Of a stretch of 64,000 bases of DNA, positions 1 through 9,696 are shown one piece after another. A model generated the notes under the pieces. The model made no database searches, was not told where the DNA came from, and saw nothing but the letters and a program-made list of their open reading frames with translations. Every line of letters starts with the position of its first letter. Within the stretch, counting starts at the first letter, position 1. A program made the position numbers and the translations under genes. Where the stretch lies: contig CAWCPV010000014.1 in the NCBI GenBank assembly GCA_963797555.1, positions 224,001 to 288,000 on the forward strand. Reading direction: 5' to 3'. The DNA is from an uncultured Gammaproteobacteria bacterium (GTDB taxonomy: Bacteria; Pseudomonadota; Gammaproteobacteria; CAWCPV01).

Positions 1-3
1 GCC

Positions 4-633
4 GTGGGCTACCTGCGCGCTTTCCAGCACCCCTCGTCCGAAGAGCGGCGGCGAGAGCGGCACGAGTTCCTCGCCGAGAAGGCGCTTTGGAATGCCTACC
101 GGTGCCAGAGTGACGCGGTGCTGCTCATCGACGAGATCGACAAGGCGCCGCGGGATTTCCCCAATGACCTGCTACAGGAGCTGGACCAGCACCGTTTCAA
201 GCACCCGTTCAAAGAGGAGTATGTCGAGCCGGCCAGCGGCCGCCCTCCGGTGGTGGTCATCACCAGCAACGCCGAGCGGCGCCTCCCGGACGCCTTCCTG
301 CGCCGCTGCATCGTGCACCACATCGAGCTGACGGAGGAATTGGTCGAGCGGGCCGTGCAGGCGAGGATGGGTGCGAAGGACAAGGACTTTCCCGTCGATC
401 TCGACGAGGACGTCCGGCGCGAAGCTCTCGGACGGTTCTGGGAGCTGCGGGACCCGGCCCACAACCTCCAGAAACGACCGTCCACGGGCGAGCTCCTGGT
501 CTGGCTGACCATCCTGAGCGCCCGCAGTGTCACTGCGGAGGAGCTGCGGGGCAAGGCGCTCGCGCACCTGCCCGGGATCGAGGCCCTGGTCAAGGACCGC
601 GACGACCTGAGGCAGCTCCGCAGCCCGGCGTGA
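4..633 (+). CDS. MoxR-family AAA+ ATPase (5' end outside window)
   Basis: Walker B VLLIDEIDKA, RDFPNDLL, VVITSNAERRLPDAFLRRC and KRPSTGELLVW motifs. Confidence 0.85.
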   Translation: MGYLRAFQHPSSEERRRERHEFLAEKALWNAYRCQSDAVLLIDEIDKAPRDFPNDLLQELDQHRFKHPFKEEYVEPASGRPPVVVITSNAERRLPDAFLRRCIVHHIELTEELVERAVQARMGAKDKDFPVDLDEDVRREALGRFWELRDPAHNLQKRPSTGELLVWLTILSARSVTAEELRGKALAHLPGIEALVKDRDDLRQLRSPA

Positions 634-2850
634 GCCAGCGCCAGGCCATGCCTGGAACGCGGAAGGCCACGGCAGTTTCTGCCCACGAGTCCGGGTCCGC
701 CCTCGCGGGCCTCGCCTCGCTCCCCGCCGACCTGGATGTCCTCCTGCACGCCCTGCGCGTCGAAAACATCCCGGTCGGCATCGGCGAGCTGACTTGGCTC
801 AATCACGCCTTCTCCCTCGGCCCTAGCCTGGACCGCGAGCAGCTCCGGGCTTTGCTGGCGTGCGCTCTGGTCAAGGACCCGCTCCGACGCCCCGACTTCG
901 ATGCTCTGTTCGACGACTGGTACCCGGAGATCCAGACCGGGCGCCCTGCGGCGGAGGAGGAACAGCTGGCGCAGGCAGGTGCACCCCCCGCGGGCAGCAA
1001 GGAAACGCAGGGCGGGGTCCGAGGCGGCCCCCCCGACGAGAAGGCTCCAACGGCACAGCAACCGCCGGAGTCGTGGCCCAGGCGGCTCGCCGCCGTCCTG
1101 TGGCGGCTGGCGGAGCTGGCCGGGGCGACCGCCGGCGCCACGCTGGCGCGAATCAGAAGCCTGGCGAGGCGCCGGGTGTTCTGGCTGAGCTTGGTTCTGA
1201 TGATCGAGCTGGTGGCCGCCGGTGTGTACCACTACCACTGCCCGAGCAGGCCCGGCCCCGTGACCCGCCCGCCGCAGCAAGAGCGCAAGCAGGGTCCGGC
1301 GCCAGCGCAAGGGCTTCGCACGGTGCGCGCCGCGCCGCCCCCTGGCGCAAAGCCCTTCGCGCCGGTGGACTCCGGTGCGCGCTGGGCCGGAGCCGGTCTG
1401 GGTCTGCTCGCCTTGACCCTGGCCGCCATTGCCGGTGGGCGCTACCGCCGCCAGCGGGCGTTGCCGGCGCCGGTCCCGGCGGTCGGGGGGCCGGCCTGGC
1501 TGCCGCGGCTGCCGCCGGAGGCGAGCGGACCCGAGCTGCTGGATGCGGAGCAGCTCCGCACCCTGGTCTGGGGGATCGGCCGCTTCGTGTCCGAGGACCT
1601 CACGGACCAGATCGATCCCGAGCGGACGGTCGCCGCGACCGCACGGGCGGGAGGGATGCCGGAGCTGCGTTATCGGCGAGCGGTCTATCCACGGGAGGTC
1701 TGGCTGTGGCAGGACCAGTCGGTCGAGGACCCGGGCGTCGAGCGGCTCGCCGACGAAGTGGAGGTCAGCCTGGAGCGGGCGGGATTGCCGGTGCGCCGGG
1801 GTTGGTTCGCCGACCTCCCGGAGGTGGTGCGCTGCGAGGAGCGGCGAGGAGCGGGCGGGCCGGCCGGTTTGGCCGCCGGCCATGCGGGTCGAGATTCTGG
1901 ACTGGCTGGCGCGGGCAGAGGCCCCGGGCGGGAGCGTGCCGGTGGCGGCGCAGAGCCTGCTCGGCCGGGCGCTCGCCTTCTGGCGGGGGCGCTGCCGGGA
2001 GGAGCGGTCGCGTCGGGAGAGGGCCGAGAGCCGGCTCCACCCCTTCCAGGGCACCGCGGCGGAGCAGCGGCTGCGCCTGGAAGAGGCGCTGCTCGATTTG
2101 TGGGCGCGTCCCGCCGAGGCCGCCATGGCGCTGTACGGGCTGTTCCGGGGCGCCTTCAGTGACGAGGTGGAGGCGCGCCTCGCCACCTATGCTCCACGGG
2201 ACTGGGGCCCGCGTCGGGGCCGGGTGCGGCTGCCCTGGCGCTGGTCGAGCCAGCCGGAGAAGGTCCGCTGGCTGTACGGGAAGATGGGCCTGGGTGGGGA
2301 GGGAGTCCTGGCGCAGCGCGGCGGCCTGCGCCCCTCGGCCACGCTGGGGGCGGCGCTGGGGCTGTGCCTCGGGCTCGTGGCGGCGGCCGGCACGGTCGCC
2401 CTGCGCCCGCCCGGCCTCGAGGAGTGGACCGACCCCGAGAGCGGCATTGCCTTCCTGCGCATCCCCGGCGGTCGCTTTCTGATGGGCTCGCCCGGGACCG
2501 CACTCCGAGGCCGACCCAGACGAGCGGCCACAGCACGAAGTCAGGCTCGGTCCCTTCTGGATGGCCCGCACCGAGACCACCAACGCCCAGTACCGGCGTC
2601 TGCACCCTGAGCACGAAGGTGCAGACGAGTCGCCGGCGGTCGGCGTCACCTGGGCCGAAGCCAAAGCGTTTTGCGAGCGGTTCGGCTTCTACCTGCCCAC
2701 CGAGGCCCAGTGGGAAGACGCCGCCCGAGCGGGGACCACCACCCGCTGGTCCTTCGGAGACGACCCGGCCGACCTCGGGTCTTATGCGTGGTACAGCGAA
2801 AACTCCGGCTCGCGAACCCATCCGGTGGGCACGAAGGCGCCCTCGAACAG
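630..2850 (+). pseudogene. MoxR-partner vWA-like membrane protein with C-terminal FGE-sulfatase (CLec-fold) domain; frameshifted (~1850, ~2500) and 3'-truncated
   Basis: GTGA overlap with moxR. ORFs 630..2162, 1429..2610 and 2561..3355 join up. FGE motifs FLRIPGGRFLMGS, TETTNAQY, LPTEAQWE and HPVGTKAP are present; GLYDMxGNVWEW and RGGSW are missing. Confidence 0.65.
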
Positions 2851-3009
2851 ATGGCGCGGCGTCTCGCCGGGATCAGACTACTGCCCCGGACGTGGCAGGC
2901 CGCCGAGTTCGTTGGAAACTGGGGTAACCCAGGACAACCGCAGCGCGGGGTACTGGAACGAAGGCGGCGCTCGCTGCGCGCCGCGGTGGAAGACAGCCTC
3001 GAATCTGGC

Positions 3010-3355
3010 TCCACAAGAGGAGCACGGACGACGCTACTCGGTGCGGGACCTCAAGGCCTTTCAGGTGGCGTTGCCGATCTATTGGGAGGCGAGCCAGGCG
3101 CTCGGGGAGGACCACGTGGCGACTCGTGCCCTGCGCCGCGTGCTCGAGCAGCTCGCCCGCGGGTGTCACCGCTTCGAGCGCACGCAGAAGGTCGAGGCTT
3201 ATGGTCAGGCCCGGGACGACGCCAGCCTGGCGGCCTGCGAGCTGCTGCTAACAGGGTCGCCCGTAGCCGAAAGCCTGATGGAGCGGGTCGAGCAAGAACT
3301 CATGCCGGCCTTCGCGGGCCTGATGCGGCGAGCCGACAGGCGCCGGGGTGTGTAG
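3010..3355 (+). CDS. Four-helix-bundle (23S-IVS/Avd-like) domain; start uncertain, possibly frameshifted from ~2851
   Basis: YSVRDLKAFQVALPIY resembles the FxDLxVWQxAxxL start of four-helix-bundle proteins; helical; ends 9 nt before avd. Confidence 0.4.
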
Positions 3356-3364
3356 GCCTCCTCG

Positions 3365-3700
3365 ATGGGCGACGAGCGCCGCGCCCCGCTGTTCACCGAT
3401 GCCTTCGCGCTGTGCGAGTGGCTGCTCGGGCATCTGGATGAGGAGCCGGGGGTCCTAGCGCCGGCATTGTGCCGCAATGCCCTTTCGCTGCTGGAGGCGA
3501 TCACCTTGGCGCTCAAGGGACAGTTGCGCGAGGAGCGACTGATCGAGGCGGACGAGCGGCTGGTGGCCCTGCGGGTACAGTTGCGTCTGGCGGCCGGCAC
3601 CGGCCGGCTCAGCGAGCGCCAGGCCCTGTACGCGCTGGAGATCGCGGACCGCATCGGCCGGCAGGTGGGGGGTTGGCGCCGGGCGCTGGAGCGGGCATGA
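3365..3700 (+). CDS. avd: DGR accessory variability determinant (Avd)
   Basis: 111 aa, helical, LRVQLRLA and RIGRQVGGW motifs, directly upstream of TR and RT. Confidence 0.85.
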   Translation: MGDERRAPLFTDAFALCEWLLGHLDEEPGVLAPALCRNALSLLEAITLALKGQLREERLIEADERLVALRVQLRLAAGTGRLSERQALYALEIADRIGRQVGGWRRALERA

Positions 3701-3732
3701 TTGGGGTGGGCAGGCCCGAACGATGCCCGAGC

Positions 3733-3861
3733 CAGGTGGACCGCGGGGGCTCCGCTTGGAACGACCCGAGGAATCTGCGCTCTGCGAACCGGGACAGGAA
3801 CGACCCCGAGAACCGGAACGACAACCAGGGGTTCCGTTGCGTGCGTGTTCCGGGCCGCCAA
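3733..3861 (+). repeat. DGR template repeat (TR), 129 nt
   Basis: Gap-free alignment to the reverse complement of 5121..5249; 15 mismatches, all at TR adenines; AAC-rich. Confidence 0.95.
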
Positions 3862-4007
3862 CACACCGCCACTGGGCGCTGCGCAGGGCCTGCCTCGGCC
3901 GGGGTTGCGCCCCGGTATCCCGGGCCCGCCCGTTCTGGTAGGCCACCTGGCCGACGGTCCGGGCGGGCCGACCTGACCGGCAGTGTCGGACTGCCCCATT
4001 TTCTGCG

Positions 4008-5000
4008 GTGCGCAGGGTTCCCGCCGGCAGCTTCGACCGGCTGACCAGCCTCGAAGCGCTGTGGCGAGCCTTCCGAGCGTGCCGGCGCGGTAAGCGGCGC
4101 CAGCCGCGCATGGCTGAGTTCGATCTGGACGCCGACCGGCGTCTCTGCGCGCTGCAAAGGAATCTGGCTGCCGGGGTGTACCGACCGGACCCGTGGCGCC
4201 TGCGCATCGTGCACGACCCCAAGACCCGGCTGATCGCGGCCCCCTCCATCCGCGACCGCGTGGTCCACCGGGCGCTGCTCGACGAGATTGGTCCGTACTA
4301 CGAGCGCGGTTTCCTCGATCACTCCTATGCCTGGGGGACTGGCCGCGGTCCGCACCGGGCCGTGCTGCAGCTTCTCGCCTGGATGCGCCGCCACCGCTAT
4401 CGGCTGAGCCTGGACATGGCGCGTTACTTTCCGTCGATCGCCCATCCGGTCCTGAGCGCATTGCTGTTCCACAGGCTCGGGGATCCGAAGACACGCGCTT
4501 TGCTGCTCGGGCTGCTCGCCGCCGGGGGCACGGTGTACCGCACGGACCGGGCAGGGGAGGCGCTGGGCTTCGGCGGGTCGGCCTGGCCGGCCGATCGGGG
4601 TCTGGCGCTCGGCTCCTACCTCAGCCAGTGGTGCGGGAACTTCTACCTCGACGGCCTGGACCACTACGTGAAGCGTGAGCTGAAGGTGAAGGCCTACCTG
4701 CGCTACATGGACGATCTGGTGTTACTGGACGACGACCGAGCGAGACTGGAGGAAGTCCGAGCGGCGATCGGCGAATGGGTCGGGCGGGAGCGGGGGCTGG
4801 CGCTGAACCCCAAGCGCTGGGACGTGCTCCCGGCGCGGGAGCCGGTGGTGTTCCTCGGCTATCGGGTGAGCCCCGCGGGGGTCGCGCCGAGCCGCAAGCT
4901 GCGCCGGCGCATGGCTAGACGCCTGCGCCGAGCGGCGAGGCAGGGCACCGATGCGCTGGGGCGGACGCTGGCCTCCTACCAGGGGCTGTTGCTGTTCTGA
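4008..5000 (+). CDS. DGR reverse transcriptase
   Basis: PKTRLIAAPSIRDRVVH, LDMARYFPSI, GLALGSYLSQ (DGR-type SQ motif), YLRYMDD; 330 aa with no maturase or endonuclease domain. Confidence 0.95.
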   Translation: MRRVPAGSFDRLTSLEALWRAFRACRRGKRRQPRMAEFDLDADRRLCALQRNLAAGVYRPDPWRLRIVHDPKTRLIAAPSIRDRVVHRALLDEIGPYYERGFLDHSYAWGTGRGPHRAVLQLLAWMRRHRYRLSLDMARYFPSIAHPVLSALLFHRLGDPKTRALLLGLLAAGGTVYRTDRAGEALGFGGSAWPADRGLALGSYLSQWCGNFYLDGLDHYVKRELKVKAYLRYMDDLVLLDDDRARLEEVRAAIGEWVGRERGLALNPKRWDVLPAREPVVFLGYRVSPAGVAPSRKLRRRMARRLRRAARQGTDALGRTLASYQGLLLF

Positions 5001-5046
5001 ACGCGGTCGCCCGCGAGTGTCCACCTCGTGACACGCCGTGTCCTTT

Positions 5047-5093
5047 TGTCACTTCAGTGACAGGGGCGCACGGGCGGCGCTTCGCGCCGCCCG
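5047..5093 (-). promoter_or_regulatory. Hairpins downstream of VR (candidate DGR homing hairpin)
   Basis: 10-bp stem CGGGCGGCGC/GCGCCGCCCG (5071..5093) with a GAA loop on the target strand; second 6-bp stem TGTCAC/GTGACA (5047..5062). Confidence 0.7.
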
Positions 5094-5114
5094 AGAAAAC
5101 AAGGGGTCAAGCGG

Positions 5115-6156
5115 TCAAGACTGGCGGCCCGGAACACGCACGCAACGGAACCCCCGGTCGACGTACCGGTTCTCGGGGTCGACCCTGGCCCGGAGCGCAG
5201 AGCGCAGATACCTCGGGGCGTCCCAAGCGGAGCCCCCGCGGCCCACCCGACGAAGGCCGATGGCCGGCCCTGCCGGGTTGTCGGCTTGGCCGAATCCGTA
5301 TCTTCCGTAATAGTCCCAGCACCACTCCCACACGTTGCCCAGCATGTCGTACAGCCCCCAGGGGTTGGGCTCCTTTTCCGCTACCGGGTGGACTCTGCTG
5401 CCCGAATTACCCTCGAACCAGGCGTAGTCTCCCAGCTCGCGCTCGTCATCGCCGAAGAACCAGCGGGCGGTAGCCCCGGCCCGGACCGCGTACTCCCACT
5501 CCGCCTCGGTGGGCAGGCGGTAGCCGTTGGCGGTGCGGTCCCAGCGCCAGCGCGTGAGCACCTTACGGTAGCAGGGCCTGAGACCCAGCCGCTCGGAGAG
5601 GCGGTTGCAGAACCGCACGGCGTCGCCCCAGCTCACGTAGCTGGCGGGAAGCTCGCCGTCTTGCGGGTCGCTGTCCCACTCGGGCCGATTCTGCGGCCAT
5701 GACTTCCCGGTACAGCGCCCGGGTCACCGGCGTCTGGCCCATGAGGAAGCCGGCGACCCGGACCAGGTGCTGGGGCCGCTCGTCCTCGACTGCGGACTGG
5801 TCATCATCGGCGCTGCCCATCCGAAACTCGCCGGCCGGCAGCGCCACCATCGTCAGCAGCCCGGGGATGTCCTCCACCGCCGAGAAGGGGAGGGGCTGCG
5901 GAGGCGGCTCGGGGACGGGCTCGGGTACCGGTGCGACCACCGCCCGCCCGAGGAACGCGAGGGGTGCCGCCACGGCGAGGGCCGCGAACCCGAGCGCGAG
6001 CCCCGGAGCACCGCCCGGCTGAAAGAGGGCGAGCCAACCGGCGAGCGTTCCGAGGAGCGCCCCGACCGCGAGCCCCCAGAGGAAACCGACCTCTTCGAGC
6101 GCTCTCCACGCCTTACGGAGACGGGATGGCGCCGACGCTGCCAGGGTGCTTTTCAC
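5115..6156 (-). CDS. DGR target: membrane-anchored FGE-sulfatase/CLec-fold protein (one frameshift ~5690)
   Basis: Two hydrophobic segments, Pro-rich linker, GEFRMGS, LPTEAEWEY, NPWGLYDMLGNVWEWC, RGGSAW, GFRCVR; split over ORFs 5563..6156 and 5115..5636. Confidence 0.85.
5121..5249 (-). repeat. DGR variable repeat (VR)
   Basis: Encodes RVGRGGSAWDAPRYLRSALRARVDPENRYVDRGFRCVRVPGRQ at the target C-terminus; differs from TR only at adenines. Confidence 0.95.
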
Positions 6157-6215
6157 TTGCGGCTAGCAGATCCCAGCGACCGAAGTGTATCGAACCTTGT
6201 CTCCATTGGGCTGAG

Positions 6216-7059
6216 TCAGCCACTGCGGGCATGCTCATACTTCTTCAGCAGGTAGCGGGCGATCCCGGCGCCGGCCGCGTTGTGAGAGGCGAAGAACAGA
6301 TAGTAGATGGTCGCATTCCTGCGATTGCGCATCGGGATCGGTTCCGGCACCTCATTGAAGCCGGCCACCTCCTGCAGCCGCTTGCGGAAAGCACTGGCAA
6401 CCTGCCGGTTGCCGGCGGTCTTGATCAGCTCTTCCTCCCCGAACAGGGTTCTCTGGGGTGTATAGACGATGTTACGCCAGGAATCGTCGCCCCAGAATCG
6501 GGTCATCCGCTGCAGGTCCGCAGCATCTACGCCAGCCGGATTCAGCCACAAGGCATTCCGGTTGATATCCATGATCGGAAAGTTCAGGAACTAGCTCGAC
6601 GCTGCGCATCTTGGCGGCATGAGCGAGCACCTCCCAGCTCACGCTGAGGCCATAAGGATCGAGCAGGCACAGACCACGCTTGTAGTCCTCATATCTGACC
6701 TTGGGAAACACTTGGTCCAGCAGAACACGATTGCAGTCCCCCTCGTAGATGAACACCTCGGGGCGGTCCCCCACCAGCTCCCGAAGGTTCGCGATCTTGG
6801 CTCCGTCCAGGTCGATCAGATGCAGCTCCCGGAACGGAGGCTCCACGGCCAGGGCGTTCAGCGGACTACCCGGCACCAGTTCTCGCGTAGTCTTGGAGAG
6901 GTGGATGCCGGCCCCTGCGAAGGCGTCCACGTAGACATGCTGAAGCCGCGGCTGCCGCGCGAGAATCGTGGAATATGCCTTGGCATACTCGCTCACGATA
7001 GTCAGCTTGACCTCGGACCAGTAGTCGATCTCGTCGAACCGCAGAGGCGCGGAGCCCAT
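6216..7059 (-). CDS. Three-Cys-motif partner protein (TcmP-like, methyltransferase-like); frameshift ~6590
   Basis: WSEVKL..Y, YVDAFAGAG, GSPL, LLDPYG, YYLFFAS motifs; divergent from a Gp37/Gp68 gene. Confidence 0.75.
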
Positions 7060-7148
7060 GCGTCTCCCTCCCGTTGGTTTCTTTCTGAGGCCGGGATTGA
7101 CTCCCGCACAGAAGGGTACTATACGGGAGTACAAAAGGAGAACAATGG

Positions 7149-7901
7149 ATGAGCGAGCGAAGCTCCATCGAGTGGACCGACGCCACCTGGAATCCCGTTC
7201 GGGGCTGCACCAAGATATCCCCCGGGTGCAAGCACTGTTACGCCGAGACCTTTGCCGACCGGTTCCGTGGTGTCCCGGGGCACCCGTTTGAGCAGGGCTT
7301 CGACCTCCGCCTGGTGCCCGAGGTACTCCATCTTCCGCTGAAGTGGAAGCGGGGACGCCTGATCTTCGTGAACAGCATGTCGGACCTGTTTCATGATCGC
7401 GTCCCGGACGACTACATCGGGCGAGTCTTTGGCGTTATGTGCGCGGCGCCGCAGCATCAGTTTCAGATTCTGACCAAGCGGGCCGAGCGGCTGGCCGCGT
7501 TTACCCGTACCGAAGCAGTGCCATCGAATGCTTGGATTGGCGTGAGCGTCGAGAACGCTGATTACAAGTGGCGCATCGCCTACCTTCGACAAGTCGACAC
7601 ACGGGTGCGTTTCTTGAGTATCGAGCCCTTGTTGGGCCCGGTCGGTGAACTGGATCTCGCTGGTATCGCCTGAGTAATCGTGGGCGGCGAGAGCGGCCGA
7701 CGCGCGCGGCCTGTCGAGGCGGAGTGGGTGCGGGACGTTAGGGAGCAGTGCTTAAACGCCGGTCTGCCGTTCTTTTTCAAGCAATGGGGTGGCCGACGCA
7801 AGGCGCGTGCCGGACGAGAGCTCGATGGTCGTACCTGGAACCAAATGCCCCTCGGCGTCCCCGTTCATCGTTCCTCAGCCCTCTTCGACTCGTGCAGCTA
7901 G
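7149..7901 (+). CDS. Phage Gp37/Gp68 (DUF5131) family three-Cys protein; in-frame TGA at 7671..7673
   Basis: [48 protein letters not shown]; TGA replaces the W of WVIVGGESG; FFFKQWGG. Confidence 0.85.
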
Positions 7902-8166
7902 TCCCCCACCCACGAGATAAAATCGGGATGCTAAACTTATTTCTCAATAGGTTGAGGCAACCTGTTGAGGAGGATAGTGATGAAGAAGCGCTATATCGTG
8001 CAGTTGTCCGCCGAAGAGCGTGATCGGCTGGAAGGTTGGGTGAATCGGGGGCGGGAGGCGCCTATCTATAGAGCGACAATTACGTTGACCGGTTGGCGAC
8101 AACTACTTTGTCCGGTTGATCGGCCACACTGGCGGCGTTCTGACATCCGATGCTTCGGGGGGAGGG

Positions 8167-9696
8167 ATGGCCGTCACACCGCAACAGGTCAAGGTCTATA
8201 TGTCACAGAGAACCGCAGGTAAGAACCAAGTAACCGCCGCCGCCAAGGCGGGTTTCTCGGAGCGCACGGCGCGCCGTCTTGACGAGCGGGACGAGCGTCG
8301 AGCACCGCGGGGCGCGCGGCGGTATCGAACGCGCCGCGACCCCTTTGACACCGTGTGGGACAGCGAGCTGGTCCCACTGCTTGAGCACACCCCGGCACTG
8401 CACGCGCTGACGCTCTTGGAAGGGCTCCAGGAGCGCCATCCGGGCCAGTACCCGGACAAGCTATTGCGCACCTTGCAGCGCCGGGTGAAGGCCTGGCGGG
8501 CGGCGCATGGACCCGAGAAGGAGGTGATGTTCCCACAGCAGCAGGTCCCGGGACTGCGGGGTTTGTCGGATTTCACCGTGCTCAAGGACGTCACCGTCAC
8601 CATCGCCGGCGAGCCGCTCGCCCACCGCCTCTACCATTTCCGCCTGGCCTACAGCGGCTGGTGCACGGTGCGGGTGGTGCTGGGCGGGGAGAGCTTCACG
8701 GCGCTCGCCGAGGGGCTCAGCCAGGCGCTGCTGCGCCTGGGCGGTGCACCGGCCGAGCACCGCACTGACAGCCTCTCGGCGGCGTTCAAGAACCTCTCGG
8801 CTGAGGCCCAGCACGACCTTGCGGCGCGCTACGCGGCGCTCTGCGCCCATTATGGGATGAGGCCGACGCGCAACAACCCCGGGGCCTGCCACGAGAACGG
8901 CAGCATCGAGTCACCCCACGGGCATTTGAAGCGCCGTATCGTGCAGCGCCTTCTGGCCCGGGGCAGTGCCGAGTTCCCCTCGGTGGCGTCCTACCAGGAC
9001 TTTCTCGACACCGTCACCGCCGCCGTCAACCGGCGTAACGCCACCGCCATCGAGGCCGAGCGCCCCCATCTGCGGCCCCTGCCGGTGACCTTCGCGGCCG
9101 ACTACACCGAGCTGTGGGTGAAGGTCACCACCGCCAGCACCATCACCGTGCGCTTGGTGGTCTACTCGGTCCCCGCGCGGCTCATCGGCGAGCGCCTGCG
9201 GGTGCACCTCTATGACGCCCGCCTGGAGCTGTTCCTCGGCACCGAGGCCCTGCTCATCCTCCCGCGGGTCTACCCGGCCCCGGGCAAGCGCCGGGCGAGC
9301 CGCATCGACTATCGCCATCTCGTGGGATGGCTGGTGAAGAAGCCCCGCGCCTTCTATCGGCTCCAGTACCGCGACGCCCTGCTTCCGGATGCCACCTATC
9401 AGCGTATCTGGCAGCATCTGGACGCTACCCTTGCGCCCGCCGACGCCTGCAAGCGCATGGTCGGCGCACTCAAGCTCGCCGCCGAGCACGAGTGCCAGGA
9501 GGCCCTGGGGACCCACTGGCTGGCCGCCCTGGAGCGAGGCCTATCGCCCACGCTCAGCGCCCTGCAACAACGCTTCGCACCGCCAGCCCCCGCGACGCTC
9601 CCTCTCGGCGCCACTGCTCAGCACCCGCTGGCCGACTATGACGCGCTCCTGCCCGCCACCCACCGCAGTGCCGCCGAGGAGGTGTGCCATGGCTAA
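8167..9696 (+). CDS. istA: IS21 transposase IstA
   Basis: N-terminal HTH, SDFT, HRTDSLSAA, HENGSIES integrase-core motifs. Confidence 0.9.
   Translation: MAVTPQQVKVYMSQRTAGKNQVTAAAKAGFSERTARRLDERDERRAPRGARRYRTRRDPFDTVWDSELVPLLEHTPALHALTLLEGLQERHPGQYPDKLLRTLQRRVKAWRAAHGPEKEVMFPQQQVPGLRGLSDFTVLKDVTVTIAGEPLAHRLYHFRLAYSGWCTVRVVLGGESFTALAEGLSQALLRLGGAPAEHRTDSLSAAFKNLSAEAQHDLAARYAALCAHYGMRPTRNNPGACHENGSIESPHGHLKRRIVQRLLARGSAEFPSVASYQDFLDTVTAAVNRRNATAIEAERPHLRPLPVTFAADYTELWVKVTTASTITVRLVVYSVPARLIGERLRVHLYDARLELFLGTEALLILPRVYPAPGKRRASRIDYRHLVGWLVKKPRAFYRLQYRDALLPDATYQRIWQHLDATLAPADACKRMVGALKLAAEHECQEALGTHWLAALERGLSPTLSALQQRFAPPAPATLPLGATAQHPLADYDALLPATHRSAAEEVCHG

Noticed and set aside
96-2186. Long antisense and alternative-frame ORFs (also 860..2482, 21498..23294, 15428..16687)
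   Set aside because: Arg/Pro/Ala-rich shadow ORFs of high-GC genes with no recognisable motifs.
2935-2990. NRSAGYWNEGGARC as a degenerate VR of the first FGE gene
   Set aside because: Only a few bases (TGGAACGA) match TR, differences are not A-specific, and another frame looks more like coding sequence.
4008-5000. RT as a group II intron maturase, retron or CRISPR-associated RT
   Set aside because: The SQ motif, short length, adjacent avd and A-specific TR/VR pair identify a DGR.
7671-7673. TGA as selenocysteine or a recoded Trp
   Set aside because: The position is a conserved Trp and TGA is the normal stop throughout the window; a point mutation or error is simpler.
6216-7901. Prophage, because of the Gp37/Gp68 family name and the DGR
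   Set aside because: No capsid, terminase, tail or integrase genes are visible.
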